The translations under genes and the position numbers were made by a program. From positions 27,629,319 through 27,693,318 of the forward strand of contig NC_068996.1 in NCBI RefSeq assembly GCF_001194135.2: a stretch of 64,000 nt of DNA, written 5' to 3'. Below are positions 1 through 13,779 of this stretch, piece by piece; the first letter of the stretch is position 1; the number at the start of each line of letters is the position of its first letter. The notes below the pieces were generated by a model that was not told the origin of the DNA, searched no databases, and was given only the letters and a program-made list of their open reading frames with translations. This DNA is from Octopus bimaculoides. Taxonomy: Eukaryota.

Positions 1-485
1 CATTGGTTAAATGTAGATTAATATTCCAAGGCCAAAAGGGTTTTAAATAATTAACAAAGTTAATCAGAGGCACTGCAAGGTAAAAAGCAGTGTGGGGGAA
101 CATGGGAGTAAGAGTGGAAGATTTAAGAATATTTCAACAGAATGAGGAACTTTTTCATCTGACTCAAGTCAAGTCAGATGCCATTTCCTTCTCTGAAAGA
201 AGCCAAGCAGAAAAAAATAATGTTTTAATGTTTGCCTGCATATGCCAAAATTATGAATATCCAAACATTTTTTCCTACCCATCATCATTATCAACATTTT
301 ATTACTATTTTCCTACAAGCCCACATGTAAACACACACACACACAAACTTTTTATTTGATCAAATGAAGGATTGATAAAATATACAATGTGCAAAATTTG
401 TGTCATGTCAGGCTTTTTGAAAGTTGGGTAAGTTAAATAAATAATTGATAATGAATCATCATTCTTTTATGTTGTTACATACATG

Positions 486-1371
486 TGGGGTGGTATGATA
501 AAGTTCCCGGACTAGTTATGCTTAATAAAAAAAAATTATTTACCTAAGTTTTAACATCATCTCCTCCGAAATAGTCACTTTGCACAGCAATACACTGGTT
601 CCAGCATTCCTGCCACTTTCGGAATGCAGCCTGGAAGTTGTTTTCCATGAGTCAAAGACTTTCTGCAATTCACTCTGGATCTCAACAATAGTATTAAAAC
701 AGCAGCCTTTGAACTGCATTTTCATCTTAGGGAAGAGATGGAAGTCCACAGGTGAATAGGGCGGCTGCAGAAGTGATACTATGTTACTTTTGGTGAGAAA
801 CTCACGAGTGAGGAGAGCTCATTGACAGGGTACCTTGTTGTCATGAAGAATCCAATTCTTTGTGGATGTTAGGATTGCCTGCACAGACCCATACAACAAA
901 CAACAACATCAGCAATGTCATTGATTATCCTCTGACAATCCTCATGTACAAGCTGATGAATTTTCTCCACATTTCTTGGGGTGACGCTTGTGGCAGGTCC
1001 TCCAGATCACTTATCATCTTTCAGGGACATTCTTCCATTTTTGAAGCCCCTATACGACTCGAGATATTGCATATGACCCATTGCTTTGTCACCGTAAGCT
1101 TACCAAAGTATGTTCAATGTCTCTGTAGCAGACTTCCCAAGTCTAAATCAAAATTTAATGTTGGCTCTTTGTTCCTGTCCATGACAAAATTACAGACTAC
1201 ATGTGACCACAAAAACACAAATTTCTTAACTTGCAAAGTAAACACAGTGCTGTCACTCAACACACTGCCTCATGAAGGTCACTGCTAGCTCTCATTGTAC
1301 ACGCAATCATATGCTGCAATCTGTTCGTGTGCTACAGAACTAGTTTGAGAACTTTATGATACCACCTTGTA
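486..1371 (-). mobile_element. Degenerate mariner/Tc1 DNA transposon with terminal inverted repeats
   Basis: Imperfect TIRs ggtggtatgataaagttcccggactagt and actagtttgagaactttatgataccacc. Minus-strand remnant DFHLFPKMKMQFKGCCFNTIVEIQ resembles a mariner transposase C-terminus. Confidence 0.8.
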
Positions 1372-1599
1372 TAGAGAGACAAACAAACAGATATAGATCA
1401 ATAGATGTGTGTACATGAGTGTGTGTATGTGCATGTACATCTGCATGTTTACCTAATATAAAATTCAATTTGTATAGTTGAAACCAGCTTGCTCCTTCAG
1501 TTGTTGGTCAGAGTTGTTTCAATAGGCTGATGACTGACTTTTGTAAACAGTTTATAGAGGTAAGACAAGAAGCATACAGGGAAATAGTTTCTAAAATCT

Positions 1600-3070
1600 T
1601 CTTCATCATTCTTCTTATGAAGCAAAATGGTAAACTCTTTTCCACAGAGAGGGTATTTTACTTTCCTTTATATAGTGATTGAAGTGTAGAATAAAGATTT
1701 TTCCAGAGCTCGTCACCTCCACACCCTAACATCTCTGTTGTTAGGTTATTTTTTCCTGGAGCTTTGTCTGCTTTCATCAGCTTGATAGCATTTTTAATTT
1801 CAGTGACTAGAGAAGGTGGCACTTCTTCCAGCATTGTGACAGTGGATGAATGAGCTTCACTGATGATTTAAAAAGGTTGGTGTAGAAGGTTTTACATGCT
1901 TCCATCTTCCTTTTGTCTGTCAGCAGGAGCCTGTCATCGTTCTTAAGCATTGTCACCTCTGACCTATAGAGTTCCAATCTCTCCTGCACCTCTTTAGACT
2001 TTTCCTTTCCCCAGCAGCTTGTATTAGCAACTTCAATCTATAATTCTCTAAGTCACATTCTTGGTGTTGTCTGATTTCTTTGCAGGGATCAGAACAAGCT
2101 GATCTGTTTCTTCTGCATTTTCTTTGTTTTCTCTAAGATTCTTCAATTAGGCTCTCATTGATTTGCATTTCTTTTTTTTTTACTGCCCACAAGGGGCTAC
2201 ACACAGAGGGGACAAACAAGGACAGACAAACGGATTAAGTTGATTATTTCGACCCATGCAGCTTTTAGTTTTCTGGACCAGTGTAGTTCCCATCAACCTC
2301 TTCAAGTTGCTTCCAAACTTTTCTCTTGACAACATCTTGAAACTGTCTGACATTAAATGCCTTGACACAATTCTTCTGATTTCATTGAACATGGTTTTCA
2401 CTCAGAACAAGAGATGATTGCTGCCTGTGTTGACTGGCTCTGTCACCAAGATCTCCTGCAGTATGCTATATTTGTGAACTAAGATGTAGTCAATTTAATT
2501 TTTATACTGAGCGTTTGAGGCTTCCAGATTGCTTCATGAATAGGCTGTATACAATGTAAAGTCCTCTTGCCACTGCCATTGTAACCAAATGTTCTCTTTT
2601 ATTTTTCTCTACTGATCCAAACTTGCCAACATATTTCTCTCCCTGTTATCATTTTCTAACCTTTGCATTGAAATCTCCCATCATTGCATTGGAATCTCCC
2701 ATGTGTAAGGGGGTCTGTGAGCTAGTGCTTTCTCTAGCTCTTGGTAGAATTCTTCAACTTCATCATCTTCACTGACATTTGTGGAAGCATAGATCTGGAT
2801 AATCCTCAGAGTGGTATTTCCTGAGAGACAAATGTTTAGCACTCCAATGCATGAAGAAGACAATTGGTAGGAAGTAATTTATCAAAGCTTATGATGAATG
2901 CAATACCACCCGTTGCTCTTGCACCTTCTGTTTTTCATAAACTCACAACACTTTCATCTGACCATCTTGCATTTATTTCTTTCCTTCAATATGTTTCACA
3001 ACACATCCCATTTAATCTTTCTATTCTCCATTAGAAGAACCATTCTGCTTCTCTTTGCCAAAGAATTGCA
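1600..3070 (-). mobile_element. Degenerate RTE-like LINE fragment (AP endonuclease region)
   Basis: LRIIQIYASTNVSEDDEVEEFYQELEKAL resembles the RTE endonuclease I.Q.YAPT...DEEVE.FY..L motif. Multiple stops and frameshifts. Confidence 0.7.
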
Positions 3071-3186
3071 CTTGTAGCTACTTGTGGTAAGGCTTGTTAT
3101 CTGATTCCTTGGTGGCCTATGGGTACCTGAGATTCTATCTCTCTCTCATATGTGTGTGTGTGTGCGTGTGTGTGTGTGTGTGTGTG

Positions 3187-3705
3187 AAGGTGCATGGCTT
3201 AGTGGTTAGGGCATTTGGCTCATGATCATAAGGTAATGAGTTCAATTCTTGGTGACGTGTTGTGTCCTTGAGCAAGACACTTTATTTCACGCTCCAGTCC
3301 ACTCAGCTGGCAAAAATGAGTAGTACCTGTATTTCAAAGGGGCCAGCCTTGGCACACTCTGCATCAGGCTGAGCCTCATGGGGGGAAGAACCGAGACCAT
3401 GTGGCATTATGCTGGGGTTTGAGCATTGGGCATTATGCCATGCTTGAAAAGAAGACCCATCAAGCCAAGCAAAACCACAGTCATGACAGACACTGGTGTC
3501 ACACAAATGGCACCCATGCTGGTGGCACATAAAAGCACCCATTACACTCTTGGAGTGGTTGGCATTAGGAAGGGCATCCAGCCATAGATAGAAACCATGC
3601 CAAAACAGACTGGAGCCTGATACAGCCTTCCAGCACTGATCAAATTATCCAACCCATGCCAGCATGGACAACGGACATTAAATGATGATGATGATGATGA
3701 TGATG
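3187..3705 (+). mobile_element. Composite tRNA-derived SINE followed by a (GAT)n-tailed SINE
   Basis: A-box-like ggcttagtggttagg, B-box-like gagttcaattc and core gtgtccttgagcaagacact, then the ggcattaggaagggcatccagc...catggacaacggacattaaat(gat)n family repeated throughout the window. Confidence 0.75.
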
Positions 3706-4396
3706 CAATACTTGCATGGGTCAGATGGAATTTGTTGAGGCAGATTTTCTACATCTGGATGCCCTTCCTGTCACCAACCTTCACCTGTTTCCAAGCAAGG
3801 TAATATTTAACTATGGGGAGAGAGGAAACAAATACAACACTTGTAGGATGATTATGCTCATTTAATGTGGTGGAATGAAAATCTGAACTAAAATTTGAAT
3901 ATAAATTTAAATTCAACAAAAAAAATATACTTTTTCCTTAATTAAAAGTTAAATTTTGGTTTAAAATATTTTCATGAATTTTCTCTTTTTTTCCAAATTT
4001 GATATAAGAAAATAATTACTAACTCACCAATGTGTACTACCTTCCTTCTGTCTGTTCTACTAAAATAATTCCAATATGTCTCAGATTGCTATCTTAATTC
4101 CAAGACTATCCATTTCAAGGAAGATTGGAGTTGATTAGATTAGTTCTGATAATTGACTGGAACATATTTTAATAGTCCCCGGAGGGATGAAAAGTTGGTT
4201 GTGGTGTGGTTTGAATAAACTATGTAAAGTAATGCAACTAAATAGCTCAAAGCATTTAGCCTGATATACTACCTGTTTTTGGTATAATATATTTCAATTT
4301 TATCAGTAATTTGAGATTACAACCAGGAAAAATAGAAGAAGAAAGCAAAGAAAAAAATCAAAAGAAAAGTGACTAAAACTGATTAAAATTTCTCAC

Positions 4397-4440
4397 CTGG
4401 CTGAAGCAAGTTGGTCAAAGTTGGAATTATTGTACTTGAA
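4397..4440 (-). CDS. AtuA/DUF1446-family protein, exon F (44 nt; last exon found)
   Basis: Translates FKYNNSNFDQLASA plus AG, matching the F.W....D.LA.GS segment I recall preceding AGHxxECG in this family. Flanked by a ttaaacag acceptor and a gtgaga donor; starts in phase 0. Confidence 0.8.
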
Positions 4441-5308
4441 CTGTTTAAGAAGAAACAAAGAATTATTTTATATGCATTCTTTTCCAGTTGGGGTAGCCAT
4501 GTACTTCTCATTCAGCAAGACATGTTTCTGTCCTTCTATCATAGTTTAACCTCTCAACATCTGGCATAAAGCCACTCCACTTACTGCTACAGCTGAAGGG
4601 TCTTGTCTTGCAAGTTACCTAGTGACCTCACTGATGTTGGTGCCATATAAAAGCATCCAATACACTCTGTAAAATGGTTGGTGTTAGGAATGACATCCAT
4701 CCATAGAAACCATGCCAAAGCAAACAATAAAGCTTAGTGCAGACCTTGGGCTTACCAACTCCTGTCAAACCACCCAACTCATGGAAAATTGACATAAATG
4801 AGATGATGATGATGATAATGTTGATGTATTGTGCTAAAGTGGACATTAACAAATGGCTCTTTAGACAGAATGTTAGTCTGTGGGGAGTAGTAAGACAGTC
4901 AGCAGCAATTCATATTCCTATTACTATCATCACCATCAGCATCATTTTCATTATTATTATTACTGAGGTAGGACACTGGCAGAATTGCTACAGTGCCAGG
5001 AAACAATACCTTACAGTATTTATTCCAGAACTTTTAATTTCATCTTTGAGTCTTGCACTAATCAGTTTGTACTATGATTTATCTTGGTTTCCTACTTGGT
5101 AGCAAGCTAGTAGAATTGTTAGCAGACCAGGCAAAATACCTAGTGGCATTTCCTTCATCTTTACACCCTGAGTTCAAATTCTGCTGAAACTGACTTTGCT
5201 TTTCATCTTCATGGGGTTGATAAAATAAGTACCAGTTGAACACTGGACTCAATGTAATTAACTTTAACCCTTCCCCAAAATTGCTGACTGCGTGGCAAAA
5301 TTTAAAAC

Positions 5309-5366
<58 letters not shown>

Positions 5367-5368
<2 letters not shown>

Positions 5369-5593
5369 GGCAGCAAGCTGGCAGAATTGTTAGCACGCCT
5401 GACAAAATGCTTAGCGGTAGTTCGCCTGTTATTATGTTCTGAGGTCAAATTCTGCCAAGTCTACTGTGCCTCTCATCTTTTTGATTTCAATAAATTAAGT
5501 ACCAGTGAAAGACTGGGGTCAATGTAATCGACTAGTTCCCTTCCCCCAAATTTCAGACCTTGTGCCTATAACAAAAAGGATTATTATTATTAC

Positions 5594-5644
<51 letters not shown>

Positions 5645-5847
5645 GGCGATGAGATGACAGAATCGTTAGCACGCCAGGTGAAATGCTTAATGGTATTTCG
5701 CCTGTCACTGAATTCTAAGTTCAAACTCTGCTGAGGTCAACATGCCTTTCATCCTTTTGGGATTGATAAATTCAGTGCCAGAAAAACACTGGGGTCAATG
5801 TTATCCTCCTCCCCCAAATTTCAGGCCTTGCGCCTAAAGTAGAAAGG

Positions 5848-5890
<43 letters not shown>
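5367..5890 (+). mobile_element. Two tandem tRNA-derived SINEs separated and flanked by (TTA)n
   Basis: aaggcagcaagctggcagaa...gagttcaaa...ctggggtcaatgt...aaaggatt(att)n unit at 5367-5582 and 5643-5850. The same family occurs at 8840 and 19322. Confidence 0.8.
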
Positions 5891-5891
<1 letters not shown>

Positions 5892-6994
5892 GATAATTAT
5901 TATTATTATCATCATCATTATTATTATTATTCAGTTTCACTAAATGCCTTACATTGTTTAGTTTGTTTTTCCGTTCCATGTTCTAAATACAAAAAAATCC
6001 TGCAGGGAATCAACTTAATCTCTAAATCTCTCTTTTCAGCTAAATTAGGCATTAGACATATATTATTCATACTGTTGCAGTTAACAACACACTTTCTTTT
6101 ACAAATTTGGGGCTTTTAGCATTGATGTTGCAAATCATCAGTGCCATTGTCAATAGCACAGAAGGGAAGTGGTTTACTGGTTAAGGTAGTAGGGTACCAA
6201 CTGCCAACTCCAAGGTTCACTCCTTTGAGGGTATTCTGTTTTGTATTTGAAGTAAGACACTACATTCTTCTAGATTACTACCATTACTAGGTTCTCTTGC
6301 CAATGATATGTTAAAGGCACCCATGCTGGTGACATGTAAAAGATACCCAGTGCACTTTATGGAATAGTTGGCATTAGGAAGAGTATCCAGCTGTAGAAAC
6401 CAAGCCAAAATGAACTGGAGCCTGGTGCAGCTCTCTGGCTTGCCAGTTCTAGTCAAATCATCTAACCCATATTAGTATGAAAAATGGACACTAAATGACG
6501 ACGATGAAGATAAGTGTATATACATAGTTGTAAGTACTGGAAGAAGATAAAAGGACATTGGAACAGAACATGGAAAAGTAAATCAAGCCATCAACATTTT
6601 AAAGCCTGCTCTGAAGGTAAATTAAGCAAAGAATTTTCATTTGCAACATCAAATCCATCCTGTTACACGGTGCAAAATCATGGCAAATGAACACAAATTA
6701 TCTTCAGAAAACTTCAAACATTCACAAACTGGTGCCCCAGAAACATCCTAAACATTAAATATCTAGGCTTAATCCATTGTCTGGTTGAATACAATCACAA
6801 TAAAGTTTGTCCTTTGTTGCCTTTAGTTGGAGCCCACTCTGTTGTATGCATTTGGGTTGGGATTCTACAGCCAAAGGATGACTCCTTCTCCTCCAATCAC
6901 CAACCTTGGAGATCTTGAAAAAATTCATTGTCACTGCCCTTCCTTCTCTATCTGAACTAATAATAATAATAACAATAATAATAATAATAATAAT

Positions 6995-8160
6995 TTCCAC
7001 AATTGGCCTAGACACCTACTTGAAAAACTCTGAGGACTGGATGTTAAAACTTGTCTCAAAACATGAAAACAAGAAAGCATCATACTCAGTAACAAAACAG
7101 GCAAAGGAATATCTAAGTGAATTCAAAATACAACAAATCCCAGAATTAGACGTACTGGAAACAAGTACAGGAAAACCTAAGTGCATGAAAACCTGTGCTA
7201 AAACTGCTGCCTTAGATATTCTGACTGATAAATGGCAAGAAAAGCCTCTCAATGGGAAATACCCAAAGAGAGTGAATAATGCCGATGTTGACATATGGCT
7301 AATGGTTTCTGGCTTAAAATCAGAAACAGAAGGGTTTATCATAGCAGCTCAAGATCAATGCCTACCTACAAGGAACTACCAGGCCAACATATTAAAGAAT
7401 GGCAGCTCCCCAATATGTCATGTATGCCAACAACAAAATGAGACCATTGATCATGTTGTCTCCATGTGCAGTTTTCTTGCGCCTACAGAGTATCTCAACA
7501 GGCATGATAGAGCTGCACAATATATTCACTGGGTAATTTACAAAAACCTGAACTTGCCCCATGATAAAAACTGGTGGGAACACAAACCACCCCCAGTGCT
7601 TGAAAATTATCACATCGCACTCCTCTGGAACTTCACCATTCAAACTGACAGAAAGATAGATGCAAATAGGCCAGACATTATATTGAAAGACTTCAGACAA
7701 AAATCATGCCTCCTCATTGATATGACTGTTCCAATCGATATAAACATATCTGTCAAGACCTACCAAAAACTGAGCAAGTATAAAGATCTAGAAATAGAAA
7801 TTAGCAAAATGTGGAACCTGAAAACTAAAACAATACCTGTTATCATAGGTACCCTAGGAATGATAGCAAAAGGAGCTGATTGCTACCTGGCTCAGATACC
7901 AGGAAACCCCAAAATGGCTGAAGTTCAAAAGATAGTGCTCATGGGAACTGCCCATATCCTAAGTAAAATATTGTCTATGTAATCTCAAATTTTAAAACAA
8001 ACACATAATTTTCTTATGGTTTCTTAAACATTCTCTACAACAATACTATGTACAATACCAAATATATGACACCCTACATGAACTTCTAACTTGTTGTCTC
8101 TTGAGGTCTCTGGGTAAGACTTGGTGCCAACTTGTACAAATGCAAAGCAAAAGTCAAACA
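6995..8160 (+). mobile_element. 5'-truncated R4/Dong-like non-LTR retrotransposon (CCHC plus restriction-like endonuclease)
   Basis: Open frame to a stop at 7982 with CHVC...ETIDHVVSMC zinc knuckle, RHD motif and RPDII..D...LLIDMTVP...K..KY RLE domain; 3' UTR to 8160; (TAA)n on both sides. Confidence 0.88.
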
Positions 8161-8161
8161 A

Positions 8162-8200
<39 letters not shown>

Positions 8201-8722
8201 TGTTTCACATTTTGTCACAAGGGCAGCAATTTTGGAGGAAGNNNNNNNNNNNNNNNNNNNNNNNNNNNNNNNNNNNNNNNNNNNNNNNNNNNNNNNNNNN
8301 NNNNNNNNNNNNNNNNNNNNNNNNNNNNNNNNNNNNNNNNNNNNNNNNNNNNNNNNNNNNNNNNNNNNNNNNNNNNNNNNNNNNNNNNNNNNNNNNNNNN
8401 NNNNNNNNNNNNNNNNNNNNNNNNNNNNNNNNNNNNNNNNNNNNNNNNNNNNNNNNNNNNNNNNNNNNNNNNNNNNNNNNNNNNNNNNNNNNNNNNNNNN
8501 NNNNNNNNNNNNNNNNNNNNNNNNNNNNNNNNNNNNNNNNNNNNNNNNNNNNNNNNNNNNNNNNNNNNNNNNNNNNNNNNNNNNNNNNNNNNNNNNNNNN
8601 NNNNNNNNNNNNNNNNNNNNNNNNNNNNNNNNNNNNNNNNNNNNNNNNNNNNNNNNCAAGAATACTAAAAATGAACCCGACTGCTCTCAAAAATTAAGTA
8701 AAAAAAAATGGAAAAATAATCC

Positions 8723-8775
<53 letters not shown>

Positions 8776-8794
8776 TATAATAATAATAATAATA

Positions 8795-8841
<47 letters not shown>

Positions 8842-9163
8842 GGCAGCGGGCTGGCAGAATTGTTAGCACGCCTGACAAAATGCTTAGTGGTATTTCACCT
8901 GTCACTATGTTCTGAGTTCAAATTCCGCCAAGGTCTACTTTGCCTCTCATCTTTTTGGTTACGATAAATTAAGTACCAGTGAAAGACTGGGGTCAATGTA
9001 ATCAACTAGCTCCCTCTCCCAAAATTTCAGGCCTTGTGCCTATAGCAGAAAGGATTATTATTATTGTTGTTGTTATTCTTGTTCTTGTTGTCGTCCAGTA
9101 TCTTATCGATCCCAATGATAGTCATGAAATGAGAAGGTGAGTGTGCGGGCTGTGTTTGTAATG

Positions 9164-9209
<46 letters not shown>

Positions 9210-12200
9210 GTCGTCTGCAGTGAGAACAGGGACAGTTTTCTGAAACCATTGCCCATATCACAAACAAATTCCCTAGACTTGCCAAAAACTACTACAAGTT
9301 ATGGTGACACAACCAGGTAGCAACAGTGCAATATTGGGAACTGCAAAAAGTGGGACTAGAGAGAGGCAAGATGTGGTATGAGCACAAACCACAGAGAGTG
9401 ATAGAGGTGGCGACTATAGCACAATCCTCTGGGATTTTCCAATCCAGACAGAACAGGTGCACCACATATGCTATATAGTTGATGTTGCATGCCCCTTTGA
9501 CCCATGAATAGTCAAGAAGGAAGACAGTGTGGTAATGGTGTGATGATGATGAGGAGGAGGATGTGGAGGAGGAGGGTAGCTGCAGTGATGATAATGATGA
9601 TTCAGATGGTGATGATAATTGTAAAAAGTTCATAATGATAAAGGTGACAATAATGTTGATGGTGTTGGTGGTGGCAGTGGAGGTTTTAGCAATGGAGACA
9701 AGTGATTCTTTTTTAGAAAAATGCAAGGGCCTATGTTAGTGGGGAGAGGTGAAAGAGAGGAAACAAGATTAAGCAATGTTCATGCCTTTTACCTATTACA
9801 ACAACATTTGATACAAATTGCAAACGAAATGCCAGTGGGAATTAATGGAAAAAATGAGGGCAAAGGTCATCAAAACCAGGTCACAGAGTCAATTTGCCAA
9901 GAGCTTATCACAGCTCAACAATATAGTATCATCATCACCCCCACCACCACCACCATCACCTCCTTCATCATTAACATCATCATCATCATCATCACCCCCA
10001 CCACCACCACCACCATCACCTCTTTCATCATTAACATCATCATCACCTCCACCACCATCACCTCCACCACCACACCACTCCCACAACCACCATCACCTCT
10101 TTCATCATTAACATCATCATCATCATCATCTCCGTCTCCTTCTCTATCATCATCACCACCCCTAATACCACTACCACCACTGTCACTGCTATCATCACTT
10201 TGATCATCATCATCATCATCATTATTGTTGTCGTCATAAGTCATAATCCTCAATTTCATCATTGTCAACAGTAGCAACAACAGCAACAATAATAATGGAA
10301 ATAATAATTAGCCGGGTGACAACAACCATGCATGGGAAATGACCTGCTTTCTTATCATGGAGAGCTCTCCATCAGACTTAGTACTCACATTATATATACA
10401 TTCGGCTACTTGAAGTCATGTGACATAGGTAGATAGGTGGGTGTATAGTGGTGACATTTCTATACAATTCCTAAGTAAATAAACAACACCTATATTGTTT
10501 TTTTAATTACAGGTTGTTGTCTTTTTGTTTTGGTGGAATACAGGGGGAGGTGGTCATGTGAGCTCAAGAATATAAGTTGATATAGAATTTTTTGTTTTTC
10601 AGGTTTTGTTGTTATTATGGGGAAGACAGAAATATTTAACATTTCCAGACCTCTTTTATTTGAGTTGTGAGTGTTGGAAACAGGAATTTATTTCACTACA
10701 TTTTTAGTCAGGAAGGAAGGCGGTGCCCATAACACTTTGGGATGGATGGATGGAGGGAGGGAGGTATTTTAAAATGGAGACATGACCTAGATGTTTGCAA
10801 CAGAGTAGACTCTACTAATTTATGATGTCAGCTGGTGGTGTTTAACCAAGCAATGGATTCATTCTATTCATCTATGTAGGTCATTGCAGGATTTGAACTC
10901 AGAATGTAAAAAGCCATAACAAATATTGCAAGACATCTGACTTGACAACTTTCCATGAATCTATCTTTGTAGAATCCACTTTCCATGAATCTATCTTTCT
11001 TTTTCATGGAGATTGGAAGAATGAAATACAAATTTAATCTCAGGAGGATCTGAATGCAGAGTACAATCCAACATTTTGATAACATTGACAAATTTCTGCA
11101 TGAATGGTCAAGAACTTATAATATTTACTTCAAAATCATGAGGCCCTGGTTTCAAACTCACTGAGGTATCTTTGATAAGTGTCTTTTATCATAGCATCCA
11201 GTCACTACAAGTCTTGTTGGTGAAATTGGATGGACAGAAACTGTGTGCAAGCCTATTAGATGGATTGTTCCTGAAACTCAAAAGGTACAATCATGCCACA
11301 CACACACACACACACACACACACATTGTGTTATGTGTATTCACCCTGAGAATTATGTTAAAAGCACACAGATCTATGGAATACTCAGTCTCTTACACAAT
11401 GATTTGTTAAGTAGGTGGTTCAGTTGATAGAGGATTATTATATTCATAAAATTTTGCCTGTACAACAATGACATTACTGCTTCCACTGCCACTGCTGCTG
11501 CTCTTGTTATCATTTTTGTCATTACCATGGTGATCATCATCATCTAATGTTTGTCTTCCATGCAGACATATGTTAGATGGTTCAATAGGACCCAACAAAC
11601 CAAAGAATTGTATCATTCTCTAGTGTCTACTTTAACATAATTTCTATATCTGGATGTCCTTCATAACACCAACCACTTCACAGAGTAAACTGAGTACTTC
11701 TTTTTATGCCTTCATTACGAGTGAGGCCACCATGTAACTCACAAGATTAAAGAGCTGCCTTCCCCAATAAAGTGGGAGTACAAAAGGGAGATTGGTGGCT
11801 TTATGCTATGATGGTGTTGAAAGGTTAAAATATGAAAGAAGAGACAGGAACAAGTTTGATGCGATGGAGAAGATGCATACCTACCCACATTGTATAAGGA
11901 TGGCTGAGAGTAACTGAAATGGAGTAGGAAAGGGAGACAAGTGGTGATGAGGGAGGGGTCTTTGAATGTACCCTCAAGATACAACAAAGCAAGAAGAAAG
12001 AGTGGGGGAAGAAGATCAAGAAGGGTGGACAGGTAGCAATTGCAAGGGTGTAGGGTGAGTGAGAAATGGTTAAAGATGGAGCAAGGGTAGGTATGAATAT
12101 AGTGGACAAAAGTGGAAGGGTAGGGGAGGTGAAGACTGGCAGTATAAAAAGGGTGAAGAGCAGTAAAATAATAATAATAATAATAATACAATAGATAGGG

Positions 12201-13779
12201 AAAGGATAAGAGAAAGGGAAATGATGTACGAGTGGTTGATAGGTAGACTGCAAGAGTGTGTGTACAGAGTGAGAGACATATACTGATAGGTAGCCAAAAG
12301 TGAATAAGGTTGAGGGTAGGGAAAGATAACTAATAGTATAGAAAAGATGATCATCAATGGCAAATCTGAGTAGAAAGAGATGATGTTAAGAATGAAGGAT
12401 GAAAGTCAAAGGAAGAGTGGGAGAGGTAATTGGAGCTTATGTATATATAGATAACTACTAAAATAATTTTGTCTTAACATACCGTTTTCCATGCTTGCAT
12501 GGGTTGGATTAAATTTGCTGAAATAGATTTTCTACAAGTGGATGTCATGAGCCTTTTCTGTCATGTAAGGTAATATCCCTCATGCCCAGACACATTTTGA
12601 CAGAAAATTGGAATCAAAGGACACTACTCAGTTGACAGTGACACTCATTCACAATTACCACATGAAGTCAAAGGCAAAGAAACAGTAACACACACACATA
12701 CAAACACACACACACAAACACACAAACACACACACACATACATACACTTTCTATTTACTAAATCCACACATAAGGTTTTGGTCATTCAGGGGCTATAGTA
12801 GAAGACACTAGCCTAAGGTGCCATGTAGTGGGACTGAACCAGAGACTATGTGGTTGGGAAGCGAACTTCTAACCATACAGCCATACCTGTACTTATTATT
12901 TATCTCTCTCTTTCTGTGTGCATGTGGGGGCAGTGTAACCATTAATAAATGTGTTTTTTCAGGAAAGGTGTCTATATTTTACATTGTCCAAAGATATTTG
13001 ACTGCTATTTCTAGCAAGTCAAATGACGACATAGTGTTAATGTATTTAATGCAGGGAGCATTAAAAAGTTAATTAGAAATCATGATCATGATCATGATCA
13101 TCATTTAGAAGGAACATTAAAGGATAATGATGATTCCTAATTAGCTTCTTAATGCTCCTTGCATTAAATATGTTAACACTACGTCATCACTTGGCTTGTT
13201 AGAAATAGCAGTCAAATATCATTGGATGATGTAGTAAAATATAGACACCTTTCCTGAAAAAAAGAAAAAAAAAAAACCCCACAGGATTATCACGGCTGAA
13301 ATACCTTTGATCTTGCTTGATCATGACTGACTTGTGGGTTAAACAACAGGAATAACACTTACTAGATAAAGTGTAATTGGGCTCAAGTTGATTTGGCTAA
13401 TAATTAGGTACCAGGATGCCATCACTGCATCATACCACTGGACAGAATACAGTTTTGCCTCAGTCTGCCTGGCTGACACAGTAGGTAGCACATATACATA
13501 TACATGAAAGTTGAGTGATTAACTACAACAATGTCATCTAGAATACTGCAAGACTTGTGACAACCATTTTCCTGCAGACAGCATTGAAACAAAGCAAACA
13601 AATATTTCTATGTGGTCTGATCAATAAGTATCTGGACTGTTGCCATAGTAATGAAGCTAAAGCATTTAGAGTGAAGCTGCTTGGCACAGATTGACCTTGA
13701 ACTCTGCTGTGCATGTGCACTTGGTTTTAATGTTCTAGCTCACTTCTACTGTTATCAGTGGTTCTTGGGAGGAAGGTGT

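Noticed and set aside
4021-4090. Possible next AtuA exon (gtgagt donor-like site on the minus strand)
   Set aside because: The translation does not resemble the expected LAGHxxECG segment and there is no convincing acceptor or phase fit.
5300-5900. Repeat-spacer-like periodicity suggestive of a CRISPR array
   Set aside because: This is eukaryotic DNA; the units are ~220 bp SINEs separated by SSRs, and there are no cas genes.
6906-7982. 358 aa ORF as a host gene
   Set aside because: The start lies upstream of a (TAA)n tract, and the remainder is the C-terminus of a non-LTR retrotransposon ORF.
11830-12440. Purine-rich stretch with overlapping hydrophobic ORFs
   Set aside because: Low complexity and possibly an old LINE 3' fragment; no motif I can assign with confidence.
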